A DNA stretch of 64,000 nucleotides from Octopus sinensis (lineage: Eukaryota), in assembly GCF_006345805.1 (NCBI RefSeq), contig NC_043014.1:1798001-1862000 (forward strand). Reading direction: 5' to 3'. The notes beneath the pieces were generated by a model. It was not told the origin of the DNA. It worked only from the letters and a program-made list of their open reading frames with translations, and ran no database searches. This document shows positions 26,489 to 39,550 of this stretch, one piece after another; the stretch's first letter is position 1; the number at the start of each line of letters is the position of its first letter. Both the position numbers and the translations under genes were made by a program.

Positions 26489-27821
26489 TATATATATATA
26501 TACGAGTGTGATCAGTACCAGTGTTGCCCTATTGGCACTTGTGCCAGTGGCACGTGAACTAAACATTTGAGCGAGGTCATTGCCAGTGCCGCTGGACTGA
26601 CTCCTGTGCAGGTGGCACGTAAAAAACACCATCTGAGCGTGGCCCTCATGCCAGTGGCACATAAAAGCACCCACTACACTCTCAGAGTGGTTGGCATTAG
26701 GAAGGGCATCCAGCTGTAGAAACTCTGCCAGATCAGATTGAGGCCTGGTGCAGCCATCTGGTTCGCAAGTCCTCAATCAAATTGTCCAACCCATGCTAGC
26801 ATGGAAAGCGGACATTAAACAATGATGATGATATATATATATACATACACACACACACACTTGTATGTACATCATTGTTGTTTAATGTCTGTTTTCCATG
26901 TACAATGTTCATTAAAATGGTTTGCTCAACACAAAACAACAACTCCACCATCACCAATGTTTCAATGTTACCGTTTCTATATACAAGACCAGTTCCAGAG
27001 GAAGTTCTTCAAACTGCAGCAAAAACTTGCTAGAAAACAATTTCACCCAAATTTGCTTTCCTTCCATACCAGCACCTCCATCACTACACACACAGAACCT
27101 ACATCTCTCTCTCTCTCTCCATCAGTCACTCTCAGAATCTCTCTCTCTCTCTCCCCATCTCACATTCTCTGCACTTCTCTCTTTCCACACACAAATCTTC
27201 ACTAAAATCTCCTCTCTACAAACACCATTAATGCATCTCTCTCTCTCTCTCTCTCTCTACCTACCTATCTATCTCTCTCTCCCATCCACACACATACTGC
27301 CAGTGTACATACCAATTTATCTTCGGCCAGAACTGGTGGTAGTAAAACAAGTTTGTCAATATTTCTGCACATGTCTAAAGTCATTTAGCTCCATCATCAG
27401 TATGCGTACATACACACTTATATACACATATGTGCCGTATGTGTATGCACACCACACACATACATACACACACACACACACACATACACACAATTCTTTA
27501 CACTCAATTACACACACACAGTCATCCCTAGATTGTTCCTGATATTTCACACACAAAATACACAGATTCAAAGACTGTCAATTAATGCAAGAATTGTACA
27601 GAAATTCTGGAGTGGTGGTCCCTTTCGTTGGATAGGCAATTCCATCTTCACCCAAAGGAACACTGAAGGTGTGAAACCAGATGGGCACTGACAGAAGGAT
27701 GCTGCTTGTTCACAGAATTTGACTACATGATGTCATCAACTCTAGAGATGCAAATGGTACTGGATTTACTCCAGGAATTCCTTGGTGTCTGCAGAGTTTA
27801 TACAGACAAATCAAAGACAGA

Positions 27822-27992
27822 AAATGGAATTCACGAGATTCTCTGTTCAAATCCACTACAATTGTTTCAACTCGTTCTGTTCCTGTGATGCAAGACAACT
27901 GATTGCAAAGCATCTCTGCTATGAGCCACAAGTGCAGAATGAGTTGAAACAATTGTAGTGGATTTGAATAGGGAATCTCATGAATTCCATTT
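27822..27992. repeat. Inverted repeat, ~59-bp arms, ~53-bp spacer
   Basis: 27822-27880 versus the reverse complement of 27934-27992. Five differences, all transitions. Confidence 0.9.
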
Positions 27993-29407
27993 CCGGCTTC
28001 TGATCTATTTGAGTGGGGGTGGGCGAGGGTGTCAGCGAAGGTATGAATAATATCTAGCTTACCTACCTGTTGACAATATATGAACCACATTGTCTGGGAA
28101 TGGTATCTGCGACAGAAGAACAGAGGTTAAGTGAGACAATGCAGAAGAATGTTGGTCTCTCAAAGCTGACATTACCAAATGATTTGGTACCTGTTGCAGA
28201 CAGCCAGGTGAACTAAAGTAATGCAGAATGGCAATTCTTGCACCTGTATTTGGGGAGTACAAGAGTCCTAGCGAGAGTACGTAAGTTCAGTTATCCACCT
28301 AACAGCCTTGGCAAGCCTGCGATCATAAACCTGCTCCGACAGGACGAACCATGGGCTAAATAATAACTACTTCTCTCTCTCTCTCTCTCTCTCTCTTACC
28401 ATTTACAGTACATATTCCTTATTGCACATAAACTTTGGTACAGCTGTCATTGGAATTTAGCTGCTGCCAATTTTGGTTTCTGGCACCGTTACAGACTGTT
28501 CACCGACAACTTCACCATACCATTATAGCAACTACCACCACCACTAGCATCACCATTGTACCTGCATTAACATAGTTATGCTACTAATACCACAAATACT
28601 ATTACTATATATATATAGGTTAAAATATTACTGTAACCAGTACGAGTATCTCAACACTACTAGTTAACTACTACTACTACTACTACCGTCACTACGACAT
28701 CAACAGGAACGCATACTTATACACATACACATACATATATTCTCATACACACACATATATACAAGTACATACGGACGTAAGTAAACTAGAGATAAAGATC
28801 AATAAGTAAACCTATGTTTGTCTATTATTGTTGTTGTAACTGTTTAGCCCCAGGCCAACACTGGCTCAGCAGATTTATGAACAATTATAGTCCACCCATG
28901 ATCATCCAGTCTGAACCTGCAACATGTAGGTATATGTTACTCCATCATGTCTTTTGTGGCTTTTTTTTAAGGAAGTAGGGTGTAAATTGAGGGAGATTTA
29001 GTTGCTATAACCAGCAGGCTGAGACACCACACAGAGGTTTCCTTGCTGGGGCTGTTCTCTGGGGCCTTGCAGCACTTGCATCTGGCAGCTTCAATGATAG
29101 ACGTGCAAGGAGCGCGTCACATTCCTGCCGCCAGAAAGGCACTCTCAGAGCTCAGGTTCAGGAAAATGAACCGAATTCCCTTGGAAATAATAGCAACAAG
29201 TACTCTTTTACTTGTTTCAGTCATTTGACTGCGGCCATGCTGGAGCACTGCCTTTACTCGAGCAAATCAACCCCAGGACTTATTCTATCGGTCTCTTTTG
29301 CCAAACAGCTAAGATACGGGGACGTAAACACACCAGCATCAGTTGTCAATCGATGTTGGGGGGGGACAAACACAAACACATAGACATATACACACACATA
29401 CATATAT

Positions 29408-31140
29408 AACGGGAAGCTTTATGAAAATAAACAAAAGACGAAGGCAGGTGGAAAACAAACGAACAATTGTATTAGTATGGCGCTCAGGAAATATAAATAA
29501 AACAAGTCTTTAACGTTTCGAGCCTACGCTCTTCAACAGAAAGATACACAGAGAGAGAAAAACACAGAAAGAAGGAGAGAAAAAAAATGCGTGCAGTAGC
29601 TAACGAATCAACATGGCGATCTGATTTCGGCCAGAGGTCAAAGATCAAACATGAGACGCGCGAGGCGAAATAAGGGGAGATATAGGGTTGATAAAAGGGT
29701 TGAGGGACCAGCTAAAAGTGCGTGGGAGGGGTCTGGATGTGTGGTATGTATAGGGTTGGTGTATGTATTAGTATGTATAAGGTGTGTGTGTGTGTATGAG
29801 AGAGTATTAGGCGTAAGATTGGTCTGGACGTGCGTATGTATGGGGTTGGTGTATGTATTAGTATGTATTAGTATGTATTAGTACGTATTTGTATGTATAG
29901 GTGTGTGTGTGTGTGTGTGAGAGAGTATAAGTGCGTATGCGGGGTCTGGACGTGTGTTGTATAGGGTTGGTGGAAGTATTAGTATGTACTAGTAGTATTA
30001 GTACGTATTAGTATGTATTAGTTGGTGTGTGTATTAGTATGGCACATATGTGATGTGATGTATGTGTAAAGTCATGTGTGTAGTGAGGAGAAGAGGGGGA
30101 GGGGGGAGAAGAGGGGGGAGAGAAGGGGGGGGGAAAGAGGAGGGAAGAGGATGAGGGAAGAGGAGACGATGTGGGAGAAGGCAGGAGGAAGGTGAGGATA
30201 GGATGAAAGGGAGAGGGAGGGAGAGGGGAGAGAGAGAAGGGGGAAGAGGGAGGCAGAGGGAAGGGGAAGAGGGAGGGAGAAAGAGGAAGAAGGGAAGGGA
30301 GTAGGGTGAAAGGGTGAAGGATGAAGGACTGAAGAAGTAGGGTCGGGGGAGGAGAAGGAGGAAGGAGAGTGAGGAGGGGGGAGAGGGGGTTAGATGAGGA
30401 GGGGGGGGAGAGTTGAGACCAATGGCGTATATAAGAGCGAAGAGAGAAGATTAATTCCTGTTCACGCGCAAACGGGAATCCGGATGGCCTCTGTGTAAGA
30501 GACAAACCGAACACAGATAGGTGTTGCAGCAAGAGTGACCGGTGGAGCGGAAATGGCGTGAGACCGGTGTGTCGTTCGCAAGGTGGATGTCACGAAGGTG
30601 TTCCGCGAACCGGTCAGCCAAGCGGCGTCCCGTTTGTCCGATGTACAAGAATTGCAGAGAGAGAAGAGATGCAATAGATAATATGGTGGAGGTGCAGGTG
30701 AAGGAGTGGATGATGGGATAGGGTCGATGGTGGGTGCTAGTGAGGCGGGTGGTGTTGGAGAGGTAAGGGCAAGTGCGGCAACGTGGGCGGGAGCAGGGGA
30801 ACGAGCCGGGTTGGGAGGTAGGGTCAGGGAAGGAGCTATGGACCAAAAGGTCTTGAAGGTTGTGGGCTCGTTTGAAAGAGGGGAGGGGTCGGTTAGGAAG
30901 AGGTGTGAAGTGGACGGGTCGGACTGGAGATGACGGAAAGCTCGAAGAATGTGCGTTGGAGACGTAGGGTGGGTGGTGGGTGGTAAGTGAGGGGAAAAGG
31001 GAGGCGGGAGACTACAGGGCGGGTTCGGGGAGAGAGAAGCATGATACACGGTCCACGGACCGTGCTCTGGCAAGGGCGGTGTGGATAGTGGTGAGGGGGT
31101 ATCCACGTAGGGTGAAGTGGTGAGCCATACGTTGAGACTG
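29408..31140 (-). mobile_element. 5'-truncated Penelope-like retroelement (end of RT/linker, GIY-YIG endonuclease, 3'UTR, pLTR)
   Basis: Frameshifted minus-strand ORF: HFTLRGYP..AL.RAR..DR / RLPFPLTYHP / ILRAFRHLQSDPSTSHLF / LVHSSFP..PGSFPCSRPRCRTCPY..FTCTS..LYIGQTGRRLADRFAEHLRDI....DTPVSRHF....H / REQELIFSLRSY. These are the PLE CxxxxCxxC linker and GIY-YIG motifs. A purine-rich 3'UTR (30080-30420) and a hammerhead-bearing terminus follow. Confidence 0.85.
29508..29543 (-). ncRNA. Minimal type I hammerhead-like motif (core CUGUUGA variant)
   Basis: Minus strand: CTTT-CTGTTGA-A-GAGC-GTAG-GCTC-GAAA-C-GTT-AAAG. Stem I CTTT/AAAG, stem II GAGC/GCTC, palindromic ACGT in place of stem III. Confidence 0.6.
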
Positions 31141-31149
31141 AGTCTTTGC

Positions 31150-31720
31150 TTTGTGTAACAATAACAATAGCAACGACCGTAACAGTTTTGTTATTGTACA
31201 AAGCAACAATAGCAACTTGCGAAATATGGCACCAATAGCAACAGTTGTGACTGTTATAGTATAAACAACATTAGCAACAACTGTGTTGCCGTGTAAATAA
31301 AGCGTTAGCATCAACTGTGACTGTTGTGGTACAGGCAACACCACCAGTAACAACTGGCTGCGCTGGGATATAGCTGTATATAACACCAATAGCAACAATT
31401 GTGTGCGCTGTAGTATAAATAACGCTAGCAACAACTGTATCATAGTGTGGAGAACGTTAGCAACAATTATGCTGCCATAGTATATGGCTTCGTTAGCAAG
31501 GACTCTGCCGTAGTGTAAAATAGCAACGTTAGCAATAACTCTATGTTATGATATAAATATTACTATCAACCGTTTGTGTTGTAGTATAAACCACAAAGTT
31601 GCCAGAACTGTGACTGCTGTAGTATAAATAGCAATAACAATAGAGGTGTGTGCTGAGGTATAAACAATAGCAACGATTGCATTTATTCCTGTACTTAGCA
31701 ACATTAGCAGGAACTGTATA
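31150..31720. repeat. Degenerate ~40-bp minisatellite (resumes at about 32115-32210 after a SINE B insertion)
   Basis: Recurring (C/G)TTAGCAACAACTGTG...(C/T)GTAGTATAAA motifs. Confidence 0.65.
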
Positions 31721-32113
31721 CTCTTTTACTCTTTTACTTGTTTCAGTCATTTGACTGCGGCCATGCTGGAGCACCGCCTTTAGTCGAGCAAATCGACCCC
31801 TGAACTTATTCTTTGTAAGCCCAGTACTTATTCTATCGGTCTCTTTTGCCAAACCGCTAAGTTACGGGGACGTAAACACACCAGTATCGGTTGTCAAGCA
31901 ATGCTAGGGGGACACACAAACACACACTTATATATATATATACATATATACGACGGGCTTCTTTCAGTTTCCGGCTACCAAATCCACTCACAAGGCTTTG
32001 GTCGGCCCGAGGCTATAGCGGAAGACACTTGCCCAAGATGCCACGCAGTGGGACTGAACCCGGAACCATGTGGTTGGTAAGCAAGCTACTTACCACACAG
32101 CCACTCCTGCGCC
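31721..32113 (-). mobile_element. SINE family B, full length, low divergence
   Basis: Minus strand runs from GGCGCAGGAGTGGCTGTGTGGTAAG (A-box) and GGTTCAGTCCC (B-box-like) to a ...AGTAAAAGAGTAAAAGAG tail. Other copies at about 10140-10310, 20030-20215(-), 24850-24985, 29195-29385(-), 38865-38970, 40910-41340(-), 42690-42830(-), 48335-48575(-), 50170-50310(-), 57530-57930, 59215-59370 and 63890-64000. Confidence 0.85.
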
Positions 32114-32544
32114 TGTTGTGTCGTATTAGCAACAAAGTTAGCAACCATTGCGTGTGTTGCCGTAGTATATAGAGTAGCAATACCAAACAGTTGCAGTATA
32201 AACAACCACAACTAGTAGTAGTAGTAACAGTAGTATTCTACTAATACTACTATTACTAATGCACCATTAAAGACAGTAACAGCAGCAGCAACAACAACAA
32301 CGGAGGGCAAGTGGTGATGATGATGAAGCAGCGTAAAAGACATCACGAAACCAGAGAAACAATAACAAGGGGAGGAAAAAAATCAATAAAAAACCAGCAA
32401 CGATTGAAGAAGCAATGTTGTTTATTGATGTGTTGGTATTTCGTAGTAGTAGTAGTAGTAGTAGTGTGGTGGTGGCGGTGGTGGTGGTGGTGGAGGTATC
32501 GATTTTGCGGTGGTGCTTCTGGTGGTAGCTTTCGGATATGTGTG

Positions 32545-33180
32545 TGTGTATGTGTGTGTGATATATATATATACATATATATACAAACACACACATACAA
32601 ACACACACATACAAACACACACACATATATATACACACACACACATACAAACACACACACACATATATATATACACACACACACAGAGATATACAAACAC
32701 ACACATACAAACACACACACACATATATATATATACACACACACACAGATATACAAACACACACACATATATATACACACACACACAGATATACAAACAC
32801 ACACACATATATATACATACACACACACACACACACACATATAACATACAACAACACACACACATATATACATATACACACACACACACATATATATACA
32901 CACACACAAACATACTAGTACATATACCACACACACCACACAATATATATACACACACACACACAGACACACATATATATACACACACACACACACACAC
33001 ATATATACACACACACACACACACACATATATACACACACAAACACATCATATATACACACACCACACACAACATATATATACACACACAACACACACAA
33101 TATATATCACACACACACCACACATATATACACACACACCACACACACACACAGATATATACACACACACACACACACAT

Positions 33181-33240
<60 letters not shown>
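32545..33240. repeat. Complex (CA)/(TA) microsatellite
   Basis: Direct reading. Confidence 0.95.
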
Positions 33241-33241
<1 letters not shown>

Positions 33242-34303
33242 GTATGTATATAATACAACCTGTTAACAAAGGGGAAATTTTGTAATGGCTAACCAGAAAA
33301 TTACTTGAAAGAGCAACTGTTATGAGTGTGTGTGTGTGTGTGTGGTGTGTGTGTGTATACACAAATGCTGGGAGTAAACGAAAGGGTAACAGCCCAAAAC
33401 CTCAGTGAGTGTATAACACACACACACAAACAAATGAGTCACTAAAAACGGTTTTTGTTATATAATGGAGAGACGAGGGGGGGGAGGAACATTCAGGGGG
33501 TGGGGAGAAAATTTGACACCGTTACGGTTTATGTGCGTTAACACACATGCTCTATGTGTGTATACACGCATTATATATATATAAAGGCATGCGTATACAT
33601 ACATTACACAGAGAGAGGGTGGGTGCAATTAGATAAGAAATTAAAAACAAAGGCTGCCAAAATGTTCCAGATTAGAGTTGGAAGAAGAGGAATAAGAAAA
33701 ATGGTGAATCTCTATTTATAGAAACCCAGGCAGAGACAAAGAGAGACAAAGAAATATAAGGGGAGTGAGAGGGGGGAAGTAAGGGGGGGATGTAAGGAAT
33801 AAGGGGAGAGAGGGAGACGGCTTCATTAGCATAATTTATTTACCTATTTACCTGTGTTACACTAACCACCTGGTGTACATCAGAGGTGGGCTGTGGAAAC
33901 ACAAAGGAGGCAGACTGGGTAGACGAAGGGTAGCAGGGTAAAATATAAGGGTAGATGAAAGGATGGTGAAGTTGTCGGGTGGATGGAATAACAAAAACAA
34001 AGTGTATAAGCGGAAGATGAAAAATTAGGATAAATTGTGGGGTAGACGGGGGAATAACGGGGTAGATAGAGATACCCGTATATAACGGGTAGATGAAAAA
34101 ATAGTCGAGGTACAAAATGGAGATGTTGATAAAGTGGTCATCTAATTTTAAACGTGAAAGTAAAACCAGTCACTTTAATACGCAGTGTGGGTGGGGACCA
34201 ATATACATACATGTGGGTGTGTATGTTTATCTGTGTATATATCGAAATCTGTGTGTATATAAATTAGTATCCATCATACGTGTGGGTGTATAAATTCATT
34301 AAA

Positions 34304-34518
34304 CAGTTAATCCCTCGCCACATCGCGGTTAATTATCTAAGCTTACGTCTATCCCCCGTGGTGTTATTTTGCATTTATAATAAAATAAATATATACAAAT
34401 TATAAAAATTAATTAAAAAATATATATATACAGTACAGTACTGTTTCTACTTCGCGGATTTTTACCTATCGCGGGAGACGGGTGGAACGTAACACCCGCG
34501 ATAGTCCAGGGGTTACTG
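34304..34518. mobile_element. Tigger/pogo-type MITE
   Basis: Imperfect TIRs CAGTTAATCCCTCGCCACATCGCGG ... CCGCGATAGTCCAGGGGTTACTG, followed by TA. Confidence 0.7.
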
Positions 34519-34543
34519 TATACACATTCAATTATATATATAT

Positions 34544-34580
<37 letters not shown>

Positions 34581-34817
34581 GACAGTCATTCATTGGTACA
34601 TGTATGTATTTATCTGAATATGTTCGTTTGGGTGTCTCTGTCTGCGCGTGTATATAATTCATGTTCGAGCATATCTGTGTATATATTTATTATCTGCGTG
34701 TATACATCAATAACCGTAACTATGCCTGTATGTATATGTCAATATCTAGGTATTTTTGTATATCTATTTGTATGAGTGTGTATATGTATTAATAGAAGTG
34801 TCTGAGTGTATATATAT

Positions 34818-34866
<49 letters not shown>

Positions 34867-35259
34867 GTGTGTGTTTGTGAGTAAATAAAGATATATGTCT
34901 GTACACTCATATATCAATCATCACGTTTTTGTGTGTGTGTATGCGTGTGAGTAAACAATCCAATCATGTGTTTGCTTTGTGTATATATTTGTATATCGAT
35001 GGCCCATAACTCTGTATACATTTATAAGGTGCGTGTGTGAGTGCGTGTCTGAGTGGTTGAGTCAACTGTGGTGGTGGTGGTTTGTGGAGGGGTTAATGTC
35101 ACAAAGGAAACACGCAAACTGCCAGCATAAATATAGTTAAATTCCCCACCACGACCACCACTCCGCACGCAAACACTGAATCTAATCCAGTCATCACTTG
35201 CAGAGACAGTCACTGGATACACACACACACACACACACACACAATCTATACATACATAT

Positions 35260-35392
35260 ATTTACATATACATACACATATGTAGACGCATATATACAAC
35301 ACAAATATATATATATATAATATATATATTATATATATATACAGACACTAGCAAAGGATAAGTATTACATACACACATTATAACACCAACAT

Positions 35393-35441
<49 letters not shown>

Positions 35442-36392
35442 CATACATCTATATATATATACACATATATTATATATAAATACATACATATATATATCAT
35501 ACATATATATATATAAATACATACATATATATATAATACATATATATATATATAAATACATACATATATATATAAATACATACATATATATATAAAATAC
35601 ATCATATATATCTATATCTATATATATATAATATATATAATACATACATACATATATATATCTGTATATATATAAATACTGGATTAAAATTATATATATA
35701 TATATATATATAATATAAATACTGGATTAAAATTATATATATATATATATTATATATATATATATAATATTATATATATTATACAGACATACACAAGACG
35801 AGCAGTATATTTCGTTTGACCTAGTTATATAAGATAATTCACAGAGACAGACAGACGCATGTTATATATATATACACACACTAAGAACCAACAAGGAAAT
35901 AGTCACACATACACACACGACCTTGCGCATATATATGCATATATATATATATATAAGATATATATATATATATATATATATAAATCTTCATCTTCAGCAT
36001 CGTCGACTGACATTGATGTTATATAAGCAAAATGCGTCTCCCCGACCATCATATGTTCTTTGAGACCCTTGAAGGGAGCCCCTTGTCTGCAACAGACATT
36101 GGAATCAGGTCTGCTGCCCGTCTACGGATAGCTTCACTCCCTACTTCCTACCAGTCAACGAGGCCCTTCTTCCTCTTGTGACTGAGTCATTAATATATAA
36201 TTAAAATAACGATGGTTGTTTACTAAACGAAGAGGATTTCTACGAGGAATAAAGTCACCATCTCTCTCTCTCTCTCTCTCTCTCGGTACCATTTTAATTT
36301 AGGTTACAGTACCAAACACACATAAATATGTACATACACACAAACTCATGTGCTATACAGACAGAATATATATTATATATATATATATATAT

Positions 36393-36434
<42 letters not shown>

Positions 36435-36474
36435 CAATTTAGGAGTGACCCTTGCTACCCTAATTGACTAATTG

Positions 36475-36523
<49 letters not shown>

Positions 36524-36825
36524 AGCATATTATATAAACATATATATATATATACACATATATATATATTAAGCATATATATTATATATAAACATAAATA
36601 TATATATACACATATATATATACATATGTGATCTCTTGAGCACTACCAGCTCAAATATTTTCTCCTCTGTCTTCCCTCCTTGGGATCTTTCCTTCTTGTT
36701 TCCGACGAAGAGCTCCGCTCGAAACGTTAAACCCTCCTTCCCTGAGCGTCAATAATACTTTAATTGTTCCACGTCCTGCGTTGCTGTGTTTTTTTCTCTT
36801 TTTTTCTGTGTTTTCTTGTTTGGAT

Positions 36826-36867
<42 letters not shown>

Positions 36868-36936
36868 CACACATATATATATATATAAGCTTATATATAT
36901 ATACACATATATATAAACATAAATATATATATACAC

Positions 36937-36971
<35 letters not shown>

Positions 36972-37154
36972 CACATATATATATAAACATAAATATATAT
37001 ATATATATAAACATAAATATATGTATACACATATATAAACATATATATATACATACATATATATACATATACATATATATACACATATATACATACATAC
37101 ATACTAACATTTACTACATAAAATACATACATATTCATACATACATATACATAA

Positions 37155-37185
<31 letters not shown>

Positions 37186-37210
37186 GATATATATATATAT
37201 ATATATATAT
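35260..37210. repeat. (TA)n/(TACA)-rich microsatellite blocks (about 35260-35770, 36360-36625, 36830-37210)
   Basis: Direct reading. They account for all YI-repeat ORFs here. Confidence 0.9.
36627..36831 (+). mobile_element. Solo Penelope-type pLTR inserted in (TA)n
   Basis: Homologous to 48990-49202 and flanked by TA repeats. Contains GTTT-CCGACGA-A-GAGC-TCC-GCTC-GAAA-C-GTT-AAAC (36698-36732). Confidence 0.7.
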
Positions 37211-37689
37211 TAGGGAAGGTGTTTATAAGCCATTTAAAAGCACACAAGACCCGTCAGAGCCACTTCAACATTTAAATTTAATTTTCGAAATATTTTCGTC
37301 GCTTTCAGACCGCGACCTCTTCACTGACAAAATGCCGAGCTGCATATACAGATGTATATACAAATCCACACACACACACACACATATATATATATACAAC
37401 ACACACACACGCACATTATATACCCGTGTATAGCTATATATCTGTGTAATATGAGGCACTTCATTGTGTGTGTGTGTGTGCGAGAGAGAGGAACAAAGAA
37501 AGAAACCATGTCCTACATCAAATGTATATCCGGCTCTCCATTGATATATTCTAATTCATCAAAGAGTGTATATTCACTGACACACTATAGTTCTATTGTG
37601 TTTCGCAATTGAAAGTCAATTGTTGGTCAATTAGTACATGGTGGAAGCGTGAGAGTAGAGGTTGACTCCGTTCTCCACGTCGTCCTTTA

Positions 37690-38120
37690 ATATTTTCAAG
37701 TCCCTAATTTCAATTATTTTAATCTTTGCATGGGTCCACCTTTGTCATGAATCTTAGGTAATGATCGAAAGGGTCCGATCACGAAATGAAGAGTTCCTCC
37801 AAAGGATCTCTGCAATAATATTACTCGAGCAGGATACGTAGCTCGGGGATCAGGAAGTTTCTCCAGGTCGAGCCGCTCTACTTCAAGGCAATTGAGAAGT
37901 TATAGATCCGGTACCACAGGCATGGGATTGGAATATTGCAGGAAACGATCGCAAGACTGATTCTTCAAGCTGAGCCAATTGGCAGGAGACCGAAAGGTAA
38001 AACCAAGAACGAGATGGACTATGGAGAATCTCCAAAGTCTCAATTGGTCAGGTTTGGGAAAGCCTAATTCCAGGAAAGCCAATGGCGGTCGCTTGTGATA
38101 AGATCCTATGGAGGGGTTGC
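37690..38120 (+). mobile_element. Degenerate RTE-clade LINE ORF C-terminal fragment
   Basis: Frameshifted translation ..HES*VMIERVRSR..FLQRI / SRIRSSGIRKFLQVEPL..AIEK..IRYHRH....ETIARLILQAEPIGRRPKG / KPRTRWTMENLQSLNWSGLG matches the RTE C-terminal pattern (RVRSSDIRREL.VEPL...IER.QLRW.GH...P.GRRPRGRPRTRW). Confidence 0.75.
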
Positions 38121-39516
38121 TTGAGGAATCTAACCCCCAAGACCCTCCTGAGCGGTGTTGGACGAGATCCACAGGTTCCCCTGATGGAACAACAAATGGA
38201 TCGTCAAAGCAACATAGTTAAGGAGTGTACAACACAAAGATTTGAATCCACTCCATCCCATAAAAAGATAAAGAAATAGTATTTTTCACAAAATAGGTCG
38301 ACTTCAGATTTTCTTCTCAACTTCAGATTATAAAAAAAAAAAAAAAAAACAGAATTAACAAATTTACCCCTGGGCTGGCGAACTTCACTCCAATTTGAAA
38401 ACTAAACAAAGAACTGATGTGCCAAATGCAGTTTTTTCTTTAGGGTGGGTTTTAACTGTTATTCTGTGTTTAATCTAGACACTCTGAATAGTAGAGCCAT
38501 AATGGGGTTTAAATACGAGAGAAAGAAAACAAAGATCGCTGGCACGCAAGTTATTTATTAAATTAAACAGCAACAATAAATGTGCCAAATATGCAAATGA
38601 GTTAACCTGGTTAAATAAAGCGCCAAACTGTTACAAAAATAATTATTTCTAATTAAGGCAAACAGCCAGCAGTCAATTATATCAACCCCAGTACTAGATT
38701 GCTAGTTTATTTTAACGACCCCGAAAAGATGGAAAATAAAGTTACCTTGCGCAAATTCAAACTCAGAAACTCAGAAAGAGTCGGAAAAATATTGCAAGGA
38801 ATTTTCCCCGACGCTGTAACGATTGTCGATTTTTCGGCTTCAATAGAAATAGTGGATCTTTTTCGTTACGTGGCACCTTGAGCAAGTATCTTCTACTATA
38901 GCTCCGGGTCGACCAAAGCCTTGTGAATGGATTTGGTATACAGAAACTCCAAGAAGCCCGTCGTATACATTGTGCATTTGTTTCTCCTCTTCTTGACATC
39001 AGACGGTAACTCAACGAGTGTCGCAAGAATACAAGAAGTGTCTTTGTTACCAATCTGCCAGAGAAACAGGTGAAGGTTGGGAACTGGAAGGGCACCCGAC
39101 CATAGAAAATCTGCCTCGACGAATTCTGTCTGACCCAAAAGTGTACGTTAAAACAATGGTAATGAAAACCACTAATATATACTAGAAATAGTAGCCAAAT
39201 CTCAATCAACGGCCAGAGTAGTCTCTTATAAAAACATAAACACGAAATGATCGCAGTAATAAGGGTTAGAGTAAGGATCAGGGTTGGTAACCAGGACAAC
39301 ACAATAAAAGGGAATATAACGATGCGAGTATTTTAAATGGTTGATCATGACTCTACCACGAGACTATTGTTTACACACAAACAGGACGATGACACTTAAT
39401 TTAGATAAATACGTGACGGAATGAGGTATTTAGATGATATACACACAGTTGTGTATACATACATCTGTGCGTATGTGCATGTATATATTGTATATATATG
39501 CATATGTATGTGCATG

Positions 39517-39550
<34 letters not shown>

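Noticed and set aside
37745-37775. Minus-strand LPKIHD resembling the Penelope RT motif LPKIHK
   Set aside because: The plus strand of the same region gives a much longer RTE match, so the hexapeptide is coincidental.
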